A DNA stretch of 64,000 nt from Leucoraja ocellata (GCA_036785375.1 JAWMAR010000352.1:2294001-2358000); one strand, 5' to 3'; numbered from the stretch's first letter, positions 41,627 through 52,506 are shown. Numbers and translations: made by a program. The notes: generated from the letters alone by a model not told the origin.

Positions 41627-41966
41627 TGAGAGAGAGAGAGGGAGGGAGAGAGAGAGAGTGAGAGTGTGTGAGAGGAGAACATAAACAACATGGCTGAACC
41701 TGGGTCTGTGGGAGTTCAGGAGTTGTGAACCTTCTCGCTGATGGTATTAAATGCCGGGCCACACTGCTCTGTACTAAACCCACAACTGCCCGTCTGCTTC
41801 CCTTTCCTTCCAGAGCGCGGGGAGTGGAGAGAACGGGCCGGCCCCAGTGGAGCGGAAAGGAGGAGGGGAATCGGTAAAGGGAGAAGAGCAAGTGGCCGTG
41901 TACGCCAACCTGCAGGAGGTGCTGAGCAGCGGAGACACTGGGCACAGTGGCGAGCAAAGATACTAG
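12037..41966 (+). CDS. Siglec/MAG-like sialic-acid-binding Ig lectin (spliced model: 12037-12076, 12347-12709, 13165-13458, 32772-33065, 38896-38995, 40455-40521, 41814-41966; 1311 nt, 436 aa)
   Basis: All junctions GT-AG with compatible phases (1,1,1,1,2,0); signal peptide, V-set, two intact C2-set domains, TM, cytoplasmic SPYSAI and AVYANL; two further Ig exons are broken, so functional status is uncertain. Confidence 0.8.
12109..12210 (+). repeat. 33-bp minisatellite, 3 copies, in the Siglec intron
   Basis: GGAGTGATGCACTGT(T/G)GGAGGGG(T/C)GGTGAGGAG repeated three times. Confidence 0.9.
12347..12709 (+). CDS. Siglec V-set domain exon
   Basis: [14 protein letters not shown] and D.G.Y.FRVE; essential Arg codon AGA at 12646-12648; acceptor ctcctcAG and donor G|GTAAGT. 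Confidence 0.93.
13165..13458 (+). CDS. Siglec C2-set domain 2 exon
   Basis: DFTDKP...[15 protein letters not shown]...YTSVLSLTP...[10 protein letters not shown]...TLNVE; extra Cys for the inter-domain bond; donor T|GTAAGT. Confidence 0.92.
13667..14175. mobile_element. inverted pair of Penelope-like 3' fragments
   Basis: Minus-strand 3' end with hammerhead-like region (13724-13758) joined to a plus-strand GIY-YIG end ([14 protein letters not shown]...[19 protein letters not shown]). Confidence 0.7.
14341..15050 (+). pseudogene. disrupted Siglec Ig exon 3 (frameshifts plus CR1 insertion)
   Basis: YAPQNLSI...[21 protein letters not shown] and [30 protein letters not shown] halves; extra C at 14368-14373; deletions near 14475-14497; CR1 at 14510-14951. 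Confidence 0.88.
14510..14951 (-). mobile_element. CR1 3' fragment inserted in an Ig exon
   Basis: ORF 14609-14938 (RRLRGDLIE...RTRGHSLRI...[12 protein letters not shown]); (TCTATG)n tail at the left end. Confidence 0.9.
15128..15320. repeat. (CA)n/(CT)n microsatellite
   Basis: direct inspection. Confidence 0.95.
15325..15460 (-). mobile_element. tRNA-derived V-SINE 5' part
   Basis: Reverse complement starts GGCGGCACGGTGGCGCAGTG (A box) and contains GGGTTCAATCC (B box). Confidence 0.75.
15826..16187 (+). mobile_element. CR1 3' fragment
   Basis: [27 protein letters not shown]; very similar to the 14510-14951 family. Confidence 0.85.
17645..18486 (+). mobile_element. GC-rich non-autonomous retroelement with (TTGTA)n tail, nested in a CR1 3' end
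   Basis: Ends AATAAATTTGTATTGTATTGTA; the CR1 3'UTR is continuous across it (GGCCCTACAAGT|...|AAGTCCATGCCG). Confidence 0.55.
18487..19190 (-). mobile_element. young CR1 subfamily 3' part (close relatives at 30131-30548 and 34050-34656)
   Basis: ORF 18634-19074 ([32 protein letters not shown]). Confidence 0.88.
19590..20035 (-). mobile_element. probable hAT-type non-autonomous element end
   Basis: Minus-strand terminus CAGGGGCTACGGAGCG...; partner end not identified. Confidence 0.35.
22344..22848. mobile_element. PIF/Harbinger-type MITE
   Basis: TIR AG(T/G)GCC(A/T)GTCCCACGAGCATGCGACTGCATGC; TAA duplicated at 22341-22343 and 22849-22851; internal duplication of the left end. Confidence 0.85.
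23406..23511 (+). mobile_element. 106-bp Penelope-like 3' fragment with 14-bp TSD
   Basis: TGAGACATAAAGCC at 23392-23405 and 23512-23525; the insert matches about 58334-58408 apart from a nested (CTATGTTT)n tract. Confidence 0.85.
25030..27545 (-). mobile_element. nested CR1 fragments
   Basis: RT motifs [29 protein letters not shown] and [10 protein letters not shown] in several minus-strand ORFs. Confidence 0.85.
27681..27876 (+). pseudogene. 5'-truncated Siglec Ig exon 4 (paralog of exon 3)
   Basis: Open frame [18 protein letters not shown]...[25 protein letters not shown] with intact donor T|GTGAGT; acceptor and 5' third replaced by a PLE fragment (about 27550-27680). Confidence 0.88.
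28020..28555 (-). mobile_element. CR1 3' fragment
   Basis: ORF 28087-28608 [22 protein letters not shown]. Confidence 0.85.
28703..28958 (+). mobile_element. V-SINE/HE1-type SINE
   Basis: tRNA-like head followed by the V domain GGGTGCTCCGGTTTCCTCCCACACTCCAAAGA. Confidence 0.85.
29362..29960 (-). mobile_element. Rex1/Babar-like LINE 3' fragment
   Basis: [12 protein letters not shown] and [20 protein letters not shown]; (TTGTA)n-like tail. Confidence 0.7.
30030..31890 (-). mobile_element. CR1 RT/3' fragment with nested CR1 and short Rex1-like 3' ends
   Basis: ORFs 30769-31248 and 31385-31636; (GAATCT)n-tailed inserts at about 30770-30846 and 31690-31797. Confidence 0.85.
32772..33065 (+). 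CDS. Siglec membrane-proximal Ig exon (MAG domain-5-like)
   Basis: [34 protein letters not shown]...GSLTL...VCSVRNRHG; acceptor ttctccAG and donor G|GTGAG. Confidence 0.9.
35621..36034 (-). mobile_element. non-autonomous Helitron
   Basis: Minus strand reads A|TCTATC...CTAG|T (5'-TC, 3'-CTAG, AT target, no TSD); imperfect subterminal hairpin near 35632-35648; interrupts CR1 ...AAAGTA|TTTGATAAGG. Confidence 0.8.
36290..37266 (+). mobile_element. Rex1/Babar LINE RT and 3' end
   Basis: ORF 36316-37080 ([30 protein letters not shown]); (TGAATC)n tail. Confidence 0.9.
38003..38740 (-). mobile_element. RTE-X-like LINE 3' part with (AAT)n tail
   Basis: ORFs 38450-38716 and 38165-38428 ([21 protein letters not shown]); long (TTA)n at 38003-38082; clade call tentative. 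Confidence 0.6.
38896..38995 (+). CDS. Siglec-like transmembrane exon ([34 protein letters not shown])
   Basis: Acceptor ttgttcttacAG; donor CG|GTAAGT; phase matches the preceding Ig exon; hydrophobic segment. Confidence 0.85.
39030..41400. mobile_element. cluster of CR1 and PLE fragments in Siglec introns
   Basis: CR1 C-terminal motifs in ORFs 39600-39908 and 40037-40222; PLE 3' pieces at about 40570-40645 and 41085-41400. Confidence 0.75.
40455..40521 (+). CDS. Siglec-like cytoplasmic exon with ITIM (SPYSAI)
   Basis: Acceptor ttgctgcAG; phase 2 in, phase 0 out; [23 protein letters not shown]|GT. Confidence 0.78.
41433..41675. repeat. (GA)n/(GT)n microsatellite tract
   Basis: direct inspection. 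Confidence 0.9.
41814..41966 (+). CDS. Siglec-like terminal exon with ITIM-like AVYANL
   Basis: Strong acceptor cttccctttccttccAG; SAGSGENGP...[13 protein letters not shown]...RY*; TAG at 41964-41966. Confidence 0.8.
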   Translation, partial: SAGSGENGPAPVERKGGGESVKGEEQVAVYANLQEVLSSGDTGHSGEQRY

Positions 41967-42670
41967 AGGAGCTACTCCACTAGTAGCTTTGGTGGCGAGG
42001 GGGTGGAATACGCTGAGCTCTGGTTCCACTCCAAGCAGGGGAAGGGGTAGGTGGGAGGAGGGAGAGAGGAGTGGTATGGAGGGGGGGAGGGGAGGGGTGG
42101 TGAGGAGGGAGGGGAGAGGTGGTATGGAGGGGGGGAGGGGATGGGTGGTGAGGAGGCAGCGGCGTGCTATGAGAGGGGCAGTGAGGAGGGAGAGGCGATG
42201 GGGAGAGAGCGCTGCACCAGCCTTAACTGCCTTGGGTTTCATAGATTAATTAACCCTCTGTAGATGACATAGTGGGATAACATAGAACTAGTGTGTGAAT
42301 GGATGATCGATGGTCGGTGCAGACTCGGTGGGCTGAAGGGCCTGTTTCCCCGCTGTATCTCTTTAGAAAAGCCTTTGTTTCTTTAGAACACAGACTGTTC
42401 CGCGGGTAACTATTAACATTGACAATAATTGCTTCTATCAAATGATAGTCTGTTAAACACAGTCTTTACCTGCAGTTACAAAATCCACTGGTAGCTATTA
42501 AATGAAGACTTTTATTTTTTGACAATCCTGTGGGATTGTTGCTAATATTATTCTGAAGCTCTTGCTGTTGTAGCACCATGTTCTATAACAAGTTTCATAG
42601 CAAGCAACTCTCTGTGTGGCATTGGTGAGTAATAATAATAATGAAATGCAGACGCTGGAAATCTGACAAA

Positions 42671-42971
42671 GGGTGGCACGGTGGCGCAGCGTTAGAGTTG
42701 CTGCCTCACAGCGCCAGAGACCCGGGTTAGATTCTGACTACAGGTGCTGTCTGTACGGAGTTTGTACGTTCTCCCCGTGACCTACGTGGGTTTTCTCTGG
42801 CATATTCGGTTTCCTCCCATACTCCAAAGATTTGTAGGTTAATTGGCTTGCTGTAAATGTAAATTGTCCCTGGTGTGTGTAGTGTGCGGGGATTGCTGGT
42901 CGGCGCTGACTCGATGGGCCGAAGGTACTGTTTCTGCGCTGTGTTTCTAGACTACACTAAACTATAACTAA
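42671..42971 (+). mobile_element. full-length V-SINE/HE1-type SINE
   Basis: A box GTGGCGCAGCG, B-box-like GGGTTAGATTC, V domain, (CTAAA)n-like tail. Confidence 0.88.
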
Positions 42972-43144
42972 TCATTCATGAAGTGGAGCAGGTGCACGAT
43001 TAATCCTGATGCTATTTTTATATCATTAAATGTTTTCTGCAGAGGATTTGGATTTGTTGCATTTGTAAACAAAGAGATTAAAATGCTGAACCATTACAGC
43101 CACATGTCTCAGAATTATGTTTTAAACATCTCTTTTATTTGATT

Positions 43145-43672
43145 GTTGGTCTCCTAATTTGAGGAAAGACATTCTTGCTATTGAGGGAGTGCAGCGTAGG
43201 TTCACCAGGTTAATTCCTGTGATGGCGGGACTGACATATGATGAAATAATGGATCGACTGGGCTTGTATTCACTGGAATTTAGAAGGATGAGAGGTGATC
43301 TTATAGAAACATATAAATCCTTAAGTGATTGGACAAGGATGCAGGGAAAATGTTCCCGATATTGGGGGGAGTCCAGAACCAGGGGGTCACAGTTTAAGAA
43401 TAAGGGGTCGGCCATTTAGGACTGAGATGAGGAAAACCGTTTTCACCCAGAGAGTTGTGAATCTGGGAATTCTCTGCCACAGAAGGCAGTGGAGGCCAAT
43501 TCACTGGATGTTTCCAAGAGTTAGATTTAGCTCTTTGGGCTAACGGAATTAAGGGATATGGGGACAAAGCAGGAACGGGGTGCTGATTTTGGATAGTCAG
43601 CCATGATCATATAGAATGGCGGTGCTGGCACGAATGGCCGAATGACCTACTCCTGCACGTATTTTCTATGTT
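43145..43672 (+). mobile_element. CR1 3' fragment
   Basis: [19 protein letters not shown]. Confidence 0.85.
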
Positions 43673-44249
43673 TCCTCACTGTGTCTCTAAACTAAACTAA
43701 AGCCTTCCTATTACATTCCTGTCTGAATATCTTGTAAAAGTCACGATTGTGTCCTTTTTAAAGATCCTTTTTTTTAAATTTCAAAATATACTTTATTCGA
43801 GAAATAAATATATCCAATAGATGATTCTTACAACACTTGATCCAACATTCTCGGAGGCTATACATACATTCAATAATGTTTACACAAATTACACACATTT
43901 ATCCCCCACCCTTGCCACTCATGTGGCCCACTGGCGTGGAATCCCTTCCCTTATTTTTGAGGGGCGTCTCCACCACACCCTGCCCCCCATGTCCAGCAGC
44001 GGAAGGAACCTAGACTGTGGTCCTCCCCCACCGAGCCTTTTTTTAATATCAAAAATTGTAATCAATTATTAAAAATAATATTTACAATACAATCAAACAA
44101 ACCAGAACCCACCTCCATAATACAAGACCAACAAATATACTAAATAAACGACTATACAACTATGTTACAACCCTTGTCAAGGATGCATTTCACCCCCCCC
44201 CGCTGTGCCCAACGGTCCCGGAAATCCCCCAGGACAGTGCGCAGCAAAG

Positions 44250-44622
44250 ATCCTATAAGGGGTAAGAGTGTTGTAAAAACAAGCCTGAAGGCTCTGTGTC
44301 TCAATGCAAGGAGCATTCGTAATAAGGTGGATGAGTTGAATGTGCAGTTAGCTATTAATAATTGGGATCACGGAGACATGGCTCCAGGTTGACCAAGGCT
44401 GGGAGCTGAACATCCAGGGATAATCAATATTCAGGAGGGATAGACAGAAAGGAAAAGGAGGTGGGGTAGCGTTGCTGGTTAGAGAGCAGATTAACGCAAT
44501 AGGAAGGAAGAACATGGAGCTTGGAGGATGTGGAATCGATATGGGTAGAGCTGCAAAACACTAAGGGGCAGAAAACATTAGTGGGAGTTGTGTACAGGCC
44601 ACCTAACAGTAGTAGTGGAGTT
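44250..44622 (+). mobile_element. CR1 endonuclease fragment
   Basis: LNARSIRNKVDEL; GVVYRPPN-encoding sequence at about 44583-44606. Confidence 0.8.
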
Positions 44623-44873
44623 TGTACCCCAGTTAAATTTTGCGTCCACGTGGGTGAGGATCTATGATCCAGTGACCTTTCGTGAAATCACCCTATAGAA
44701 AATCAATAGGGAACAAGATGCTAATTTCCAAGTATGAAAATGGCCATAACTGTTTAAATACTTGAGATGTGAAAGTGAATTAGGTGTCAAATTAAACTTC
44801 TTGTTATGCTTTATCTGATGGGATAAACTGCAGACTTGATCTTTTAAATCTCAAAATTTTGTAACATTGCTAC

Positions 44874-46305
44874 ATTACTGCCTGTCCATTATCGTCAATA
44901 TTCAGGCAACAATTAGAGAAGTTGAATTTTCCACACACCCCTCCTTTTTCGGCTAGGATGTAGTCCAGGGCCAATCGATTTAGGTATATTGCTGTTCTCA
45001 TCTGTGTTTGCTCCTTTGCCAACATCTCTAGTGCTGCAGCCGTCCGATGAGTGATCACCTCCAATACAGCCTGCAATCGGATTATCCGGTTTAGCATGTA
45101 CACTGGGGTACGATATCCCCAGGAACCATCCTGAGCCCAGGTGGCTGGCCCATAGTATGAGATGATTCGGGCCGGAGGCCACTCATCATCCTCCCAGGTT
45201 CCTATGTCTAACTCTCTTTTCTTCCTTTGTAAGTCATCAAACACTGGCGTGCCCAGCATTCGTCCTCCTTCATCTGGCAACAAAAAGAATCCCGGCTGCA
45301 CCAGCCCAATAAAACACGCTCCACTCCATTTTCCCAGAAGTACTGAATAGGCCTTATGTCCACAGATCCAGAGTAATCCCTCTGGAGCAGGTCCACTCAC
45401 CGTGTTACTTTCCCAGAGATCCCGTAAGACTGGTAACCCCATATGGGTTGTTTCCTGTGCAGTTCCAGATCCAGCTCTTGTCTGTCTTGTCTCTGACTGG
45501 GGCAATGATTGTACAGTTCTCCCAGTCCTCTTCGGCCAGATACCATTTAGGTTGCTCAGGCCACCAGGTCCGTGTATGGTTTTCCCACAAGGTTAGGATG
45601 CGTTGACAAGGACTGATGCCGACTTCTTCTTTCCCCGGAGTTCTTGGTCGGGCTATACATTCCGTTCCTAGTGGAGTGTCGGTCAAGAGCCACTCCTGAG
45701 GTCCTGGATCTCCTCCTTCCGTGATGTTCCACTCAAATAGGTCCCACACTTCGACAGTTGATCCCCTCCAAGGCCATCGAGAACTCATAAAAGGTCCTCC
45801 ACAAACCCAGCAGTCCTTAACATCCAGCGTCTGAGCAATCCTGGTCCACGAAGAGATTCCCTCCCAATTCAGGAATTTCTATCTGCTTCTGTATCTCCTC
45901 GTACAAGGATGCATATAGTTGAGGTCTCTTAGTTGGGGCTGGTTGAGTTATCTCTTTTTCTTGTAGCCCCTTTATCAGTATTTCCTTTTCCTTGTCTAAA
46001 TATTCCTTCCCCAACTGGGACCCTGTCCCCCATTGCCCGGTTTTCCATTAGCAAAGCCATCTCTCTCCTCTGGGGCAGATTCAATACATCCTCATTCCTG
46101 TGTATCCCAAATTCTGCACTAAGTAGTATTCTACTCCCTCCTTACAACTGGTTCTGGTTTTATGGGTATAACACGAGTCATGCACATAGAAATGATAGGT
46201 AAAATACCTTCTGGTTTGTCCGCCATATCTGCTGGGGTGGTAACATTTATCACAGCTGTCCATACATTTACTTACAGCGACGATCATAATTAGCACGAAT
46301 GCCAA
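44874..46305 (-). pseudogene. env: ERV env, frameshifted and truncated before the membrane anchor
   Basis: Signal peptide; CWVCGGP; furin site RKKR; [37 protein letters not shown]; [14 protein letters not shown]; CX7CC. Confidence 0.9.
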
Positions 46306-46323
46306 GCACTGTATCGTAATCTT

Positions 46324-49300
46324 TTAGTTCAATCGTTCTTTATCAAAGATCAGAGTCAGTGGTTTCTTTCCTTGTCTTACTGTCCAGTCCCCCTCAGCCG
46401 GAGGTTCCACTGGTCCCTTTATTCGCACTGCGTGTGTCCACCCTTTTTCTTTTGTCCGCACTGCTGTTTCCGTGGTCAATAGTACCAAATACGGACCAGT
46501 CCAACAGGGTTGCAACTTTTCTTCCTTCCACGATTTTACAAGGACCCAGTCTCCCGCTTTCACAGAATGGATCGGAAAGTCAAGAGGGGGGATTTCGTAG
46601 GGGGATACTGCTATATCCTTTTGTGGAGCGGTTCGAATTCTGAGCAAGGCTATTGGCAAACACTTAGTCCAAGGTAGCCTAGTCTCCTCCATTAATTTGG
46701 TAATTTGTGTCTTCAAAGTGCCATTCATCCTTTGCACCATTCCCGGACTTTGTGGATGCCAGGGAGTATGCAACTTCTATTTTATCCCTAGGGCATCACA
46801 GATGAGCAAGTGGGCCTTTGAGGCGAAATGGGTTCCTCGATCTAAATCGAGAGATTCGATGATTCCATACCGCAAGATTATTTGTTCCAATAGAATTTTG
46901 GCTACCACCTGAGAAGTGGCATTTACTGTGGGGAATGCTTCCACCCAACGGGTAAAGTGATCCACCACCACTAGGAGGTATTTCTATTTCTGTATCCTGA
47001 TGAGTTCACTAAAATCTACCTGTACTCTCTGGAATGGCCTGATGGCTAACTGCTGCCCTCATCACTTTCTTATTTATCTTCTGACAGATCACACAGCTTG
47101 AGACTCCTTGTTTAGCCAGAGTGTATATCCCCCTGCAAGCATACGTACGTAAAAGAGTGTCACATAATGCCTGAGCCCCCAGTGTGACTGGGAATGTAAT
47201 CTTCCCAATAATTCTCTGATAACCTCCTTATTTAGCAGTTGCTTCCCATCCGGTGTCCACCATCGTCCATCTTTTGTTATTCTTGCTCTCAGCTCATTCA
47301 TCCTATCTATATCGAATTCGGAGAACACGGGTATCTTCTCTATCCCTTCCCTGAGAGGTATTAGAGACATTATCTTTACCGTCCCCTGTAAAGCTGCCCG
47401 TTTTGCCGCCTCGTCCGCGGCTCTGTTTCCCCGGGCCTCTGGAGAATTTCCCTTCTGGTGTCCTGCCACATGTACTACTGCTATTTGCTCTGGCTTTGTT
47501 AATGATTCCAAGGTTTTCTCAATCAACTTTTCATGTGCTAACTCTTTCCCTCTCGCTGTTATCATTCCCCTCTCCTTCCAAATCTTTCCAAAGGTATGCA
47601 CCACCCCAAAGGCATATATTAAATCAGTATATATGGTGCCTTTTTTGCCTTCAAGTAACTCCAATGCACGCATCAGGGCATAGAGCTCACAAGACTGAGC
47701 TGACCAGCTCCCAGGTAATCGTCCAGATTCTATATCACTTAACGTATCCCCGTCGATTATAACGTATCCACTGTGTCTTTTCCCATCTATGCACCAGGAT
47801 GACCTGTCTATGAACCATCGGCTTCCCTCGGCCAGAGGCTGTTCCTCAAGGTCTTCCCTACTCTTGGTCTGCAATTATATTATTTTGCTACAATCATGCT
47901 CTGGGTTCCCTGTCTCCTCTTCTTTTTCTTCGGGCGGGTACAGGAACTGAGAGGGGTTTAAGTTTTTGTCCGTATTTATGGTCAAATCATCCTTTTCCAT
48001 CAGAATAGCTTCATATTTTAATATCCTCGAGTGTCAACCACCTACAAGACTTCTGTGTCAATATTGTTCTTACTGTATGTGGGGTGGAGACCACCAAGGC
48101 CCCCCGAAGGTCAACTTCCTGCTCTCCTCTACTAGGTTTGCTGTGACTGTATACAGACAGGCCATCCTCGTGACACTGGGTCCAATATCTTTGATAAAAA
48201 TGCCACGGGCTGCCCGTTTACCCCTCTCCTTTTGAGTCAATACCCCGAGAGCTATCACGTTTTCTGCATTTACAAACAGATGGAAGGGTTGGTCTATTCA
48301 AGGCAGGGCCAAGACAGGGGTGGTTATCAAACTATTCTTCAGCTGGTGGAAATCCTGTTGTTCTTTCGGGTCCCATTCTACCTTATCTTTCTCATCTCCT
48401 AGCTTATTATACAAGAACTGGACTTGTCTGACGTAGTCATCAAACCAGAGTCTACAGTACCCAATTAGCCCCAGAAATGTTCTGATTTCCTTTTTATTCC
48501 GAGGCATCGGCAAGCCTGTGATTCCTGCGATTCTTTCAGGTTTTATTCTTCGTTTTCTCCCACTAATCATGTGGCCCAGGTACTTCACCTTTTGTTCCAC
48601 AAACTGGGTATCTTTGATACCCTCAGACCCTTTTGTCCCAGGAAATTCAGTAATATTATAGTGGCATCTCACACCTCCCCTTCTTCTTCTCCAGAGATCA
48701 GTAGGTCATCCACATACTGCAAGAGCTGGATCTGGGGGGGGACATGGGTATTCCTCTAACACTTGTTCCAAGATTTGGCCGAACAGGTTTGGAGATTCTG
48801 TAAATCCCTGAGGAAGTACTTTCCAACGGAACTGTTGCTTTCTTCTAGTTATTGGGTTTTCCCATTCAAAGGTGAACAAGTCTCGGGTTTCCTCATCCAA
48901 GGGACAACTCCAGAAGGCATCTTTTAGTTCTGCCACACTGAACCACTTGTGACTGGGGGGTATCCGTCCCATAACCGTGTATGGTTTGGGGACCACAGGA
49001 TGTCTACCCCGGACCACCTTATTTAGTTCTCGAAGATCTTGTACAAGCTGGAATGTTCCATCCGTCTTCCGTACGGGTAAGATCGGGTATTATAAGGAGA
49101 CATGCAACTTTCCAATACTCCCTCCTTCAATAGATTTTGCATGATTGGTTGGAGTCCCTTTCGTCCCTCGATGGAGATGGGGTACTGCCTGACTCGCACG
49201 GCATCATACCCTTCCCGGAGGGCTATCCGGAGGGGTGGTATTCTTAATCCCCCTCTATTTCCTTCCTTAGCCCAGATCTGGTCATTGATCCTCTGTTCGT

Positions 49301-49650
49301 CTTCTTCTTTTAGTTTATATAGTTGGACCACTATCCGCCCTTCTACAGGTGCAGTTCCTATTCCTAACTGGATCTGCAGATCCTGTCCCATTAAGTTTAC
49401 TCCGGCCTGTGGAACTAGAATCAAATCTTCCACCGCTTCCCTATTTTCATATTTGACTTTTACTCCTTCTATCACTTTCCCTCCTACTCCAGAAATGTTC
49501 ACATGCCCTTCTCCTGTTGCCATCCCTTTGGGTATTCTGGTCACACTTGATCTCTCAGCTCCCGAATCCACCATGAACACTGTGTCTTCTCCTTGGGGTC
49601 CGAGTTTTAAATTTACTAGGGGTTCCCGTTTGTGTCCAGTTAATAACATT
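46324..49650 (-). pseudogene. pol: ERV pro-pol pseudogene
   Basis: ORFs 49023-49649, 48706-49017, 48298-48672, 47089-47874, 46777-46971 and 46324-46773. Confidence 0.92.
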
Positions 49651-50300
49651 TGACTGGTAATTGTCTTTTTTAATGTTTTTTAAATCATTTCTTTTTAAAT
49701 GGCTCACAAGCAGCGTTTGAGTAATTTCGTAGTAACCGGAACCGACCTGACTCGCAGGGTAATTAACATTGCGGGGCAAGTTTTTGTGTGTGACATAGGG
49801 TTACATTCATAATTCTGTTTGTTCATAATTGTGTTAATTCTTGTTAAAGAATAAAATGTTTATAAACACACATACATGAATGTGATATAAATGTATATAA
49901 TCATATAACGCACACAATTATATTTCTTCTGATCCAATAATGAACTTTATTTCAGACTAGACAAGGGACATTAAATAAGAAACATTGTAAATAAGAAACA
50001 TTGTAAACCTCCCCGTAACTTCACACACCTTAGGCCTAATATCCCCCCCCCCCCCCCGGCACTGCCTCGCCTGCCCCCTCACTACAATGTCTCCGCCCCC
50101 TCCTATGCCCCTTTCCCCACTGCCCCGGGCCGCGCACTCCCTCTCCCTGCTGCGGAAACAAAGATGCGATCTTTGGCCGGAAGTAAGATGGCGGAACAAG
50201 ATGGCGGAGGCTGGTTGCTAAAATGGGTTCTAGAATTGCCCATGAGCGTACTACACGTTTGCGTAAGAGTAACCCATCTTGCTCCGCTATAAGATCTTTG
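49651..50300. mobile_element. unclassified repeat fragment (probably DNA-transposon-derived)
   Basis: Abruptly replaces ERV gag and the H3 promoter; duplicated AAGATGGCGGA motif; ends CTATAAGATCTTTG. Confidence 0.35.
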
Positions 50301-50340
50301 ATTCCAGTGCCTCTATTTCAGGCTGTAATACAAGTGTTGA

Positions 50341-50757
<417 letters not shown>

Positions 50758-50780
50758 ACTCGGAACCAAGGACAACAAAA

Positions 50781-50822
50781 GGCTCTTTTAAGAGCCACCA
50801 ACCCGGCTGTGGAAAGAGCTGT
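50781..50822 (+). promoter_or_regulatory. histone 3' stem-loop and histone downstream element
   Basis: GGCTCT-TTTA-AGAGCC (50781-50796) then ACCAA; purine-rich GAAAGAGCTGT at 50812-50822. Confidence 0.93.
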
Positions 50823-51180
50823 GTCCTCCTGTTCATTGTCCTCTTACATTACGGTCCCGGCCTTTCTTACCACAACTGGCACCGTAGTCACAGCTGCCGA
50901 GCGGAGTCTGACCCCACGGGCTCCAGTGTCCCGGGGCGGGACCCGGTTACCATGTGAATCCCCTTTAGATGCGTTCTCGTCTCCCCAAGAACAAACTCCT
51001 TTATTGATCAGTTTCCCCCGCGTCACATGTCATTATTCGGCCCTTCCACAGACGTGAGTTGTCCTGAATTAATGTCTGGGTTGTTTTATCCTTCACATGC
51101 TCTACCCAGCTGTTCATTATATCATTACAGTGGCGGCCCGGGCTATCAGCGGGACTTTATTTAGCAACGTTCCACGCTCG

Positions 51181-51600
51181 CTATAGGGTGATTTCACAAA
51201 AGGTCACTGGAGCGTAGATCCTGACCCACGTGACCGCAAATTTTAACAGGAGGACACTCGTCACTTCCGGTACATGTTAGTGAATGGGAAAACACGCACT
51301 TTCACACCCGTTAAAAACATCGAAAACAGCCAGTTTTTGAGCTGCAATTTACTGTGCCAGTCGGGGTGACCGTGAGGCACAGCTACCTAAATTTACAGTC
51401 CAAAAGAAAGATAGAAACTAAGGTAAATTCAAGAGGGAGCTGAAGGTGTAAAAACAGCGGAAGTGCTTAGTGGACATTTGTCGTGGAGATTTAAAGATCC
51501 AAAATATCGGGAATTATCGCGTTTGCTCGCTGCATTTCATCAAAAGTAAGGCATTATTGACTTTTTTATCTTTTTATCTTTATTCATTTATTACATGAAA
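51181..51600 (+). mobile_element. DNA-transposon-like end; inverted counterpart at 44625-44698
   Basis: CTATAGGGTGATTTCAC(A/G)AAAGGTCACTGGA...CCCACGTG shared in inverted orientation over about 75 bp. Confidence 0.55.
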
Positions 51601-51608
51601 AGTTTTAA

Positions 51609-52176
51609 AAGTGAAAAATCCATCAGTAAAATTGCAAAATCGTCCATGGTTCTCAGATGGGTGCAAAATGAAAACGTTTCTGAAGCTACATTTACCATTT
51701 TTTAAATTATCGTAAACTATCAATGCGTTTTGAAATAAAGCATCTCAAGCATCTATAGCTGCGACTAAATCTGCGTTAATACTCTCTTCTTGTTGCACGT
51801 ACACGTGCATGGCGTTCTTGTGCACATTGTTTATATTGCTCACAGTGGGTGCCCAATCAGGATTGTTGACATCATTCCATGCTGCAGGCTTGTCTGTTAT
51901 TAGATGATAAATAAATAAGTAGTTTGGGTGAATGTGCAGGGTTTAAACAAGAAACATTGAGAAATATATTTTGGCAAATAATAAAATGTCCAACTAACAG
52001 CTGACAATTATCCCATTCCTTAGCTTGCATCTGAGTAAAATTTATTTCAAAACGCATTGATAGTTTACGATTATTTAAATGGTAAATGTAGCTTCAGAAG
52101 CGTTTTCATTTTGCATGTTAAAACCTACCTGAGAACCATGGGCAATTTTGCAATTATACTGACGGATTTTTCACTT
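51609..52176. mobile_element. Kolobok-like MITE
   Basis: TTAA|AAGTGAAAAATCC...GGATTTTTCACTT|TTAA; imperfect TIRs of about 130 bp. Confidence 0.7.
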
Positions 52177-52506
52177 TTAATTAGTTAGAGAAAACTCCTT
52201 GTCCAGTCCCTCCCGACCACCATTGGAGACACCTCACACGTCCAACTCTTCAATAACTTGCAATTCTAGGACACCATTGGCTCATCGAATTTATGTTGTA
52301 TTTTTAATTGTCTACAGTATATTGTGTTGTTACTTGCGGGCAAAGCACCAAGGCAAATTCCTTGCATGTATACTTAATACTTGGCTAATAAAATGTATTC
52401 AATTCAATGCAATCCTATGGAGTCCCTTTACACCTCCATCACCCACCAGGAAAGGCCTCACAGTTCTTCTTTGAACAGAGACCCAATCAGTTCCCCTCTA
52501 TGAACA

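Larger units (their letters stand above)
44874..49650 (-). mobile_element. endogenous retrovirus fragment (pro-pol-env; class I, HERV-I/ERV3-like); no gag or LTRs seen
   Basis: Protease FMVDSGA; RT LPQGFTESP and LQYVDDLL (about 48699-48722); RNase H; integrase; env; multiple stops and frameshifts. Confidence 0.93.

Noticed and set aside
12037-41966. Assigning the symbol MAG, CD22 or SIGLEC15
   Set aside because: Domain layout is MAG-like, but V-set, TM and tail do not resemble the conserved MAG orthologue closely enough; phylogeny needed
41430-42242. 270-aa minus-strand ORF
   Set aside because: Microsatellite and purine-tract artefact antisense to the Siglec last exon
42671-42745. Functional tRNA gene
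   Set aside because: tRNA-derived head continuing into a V-SINE body and tail
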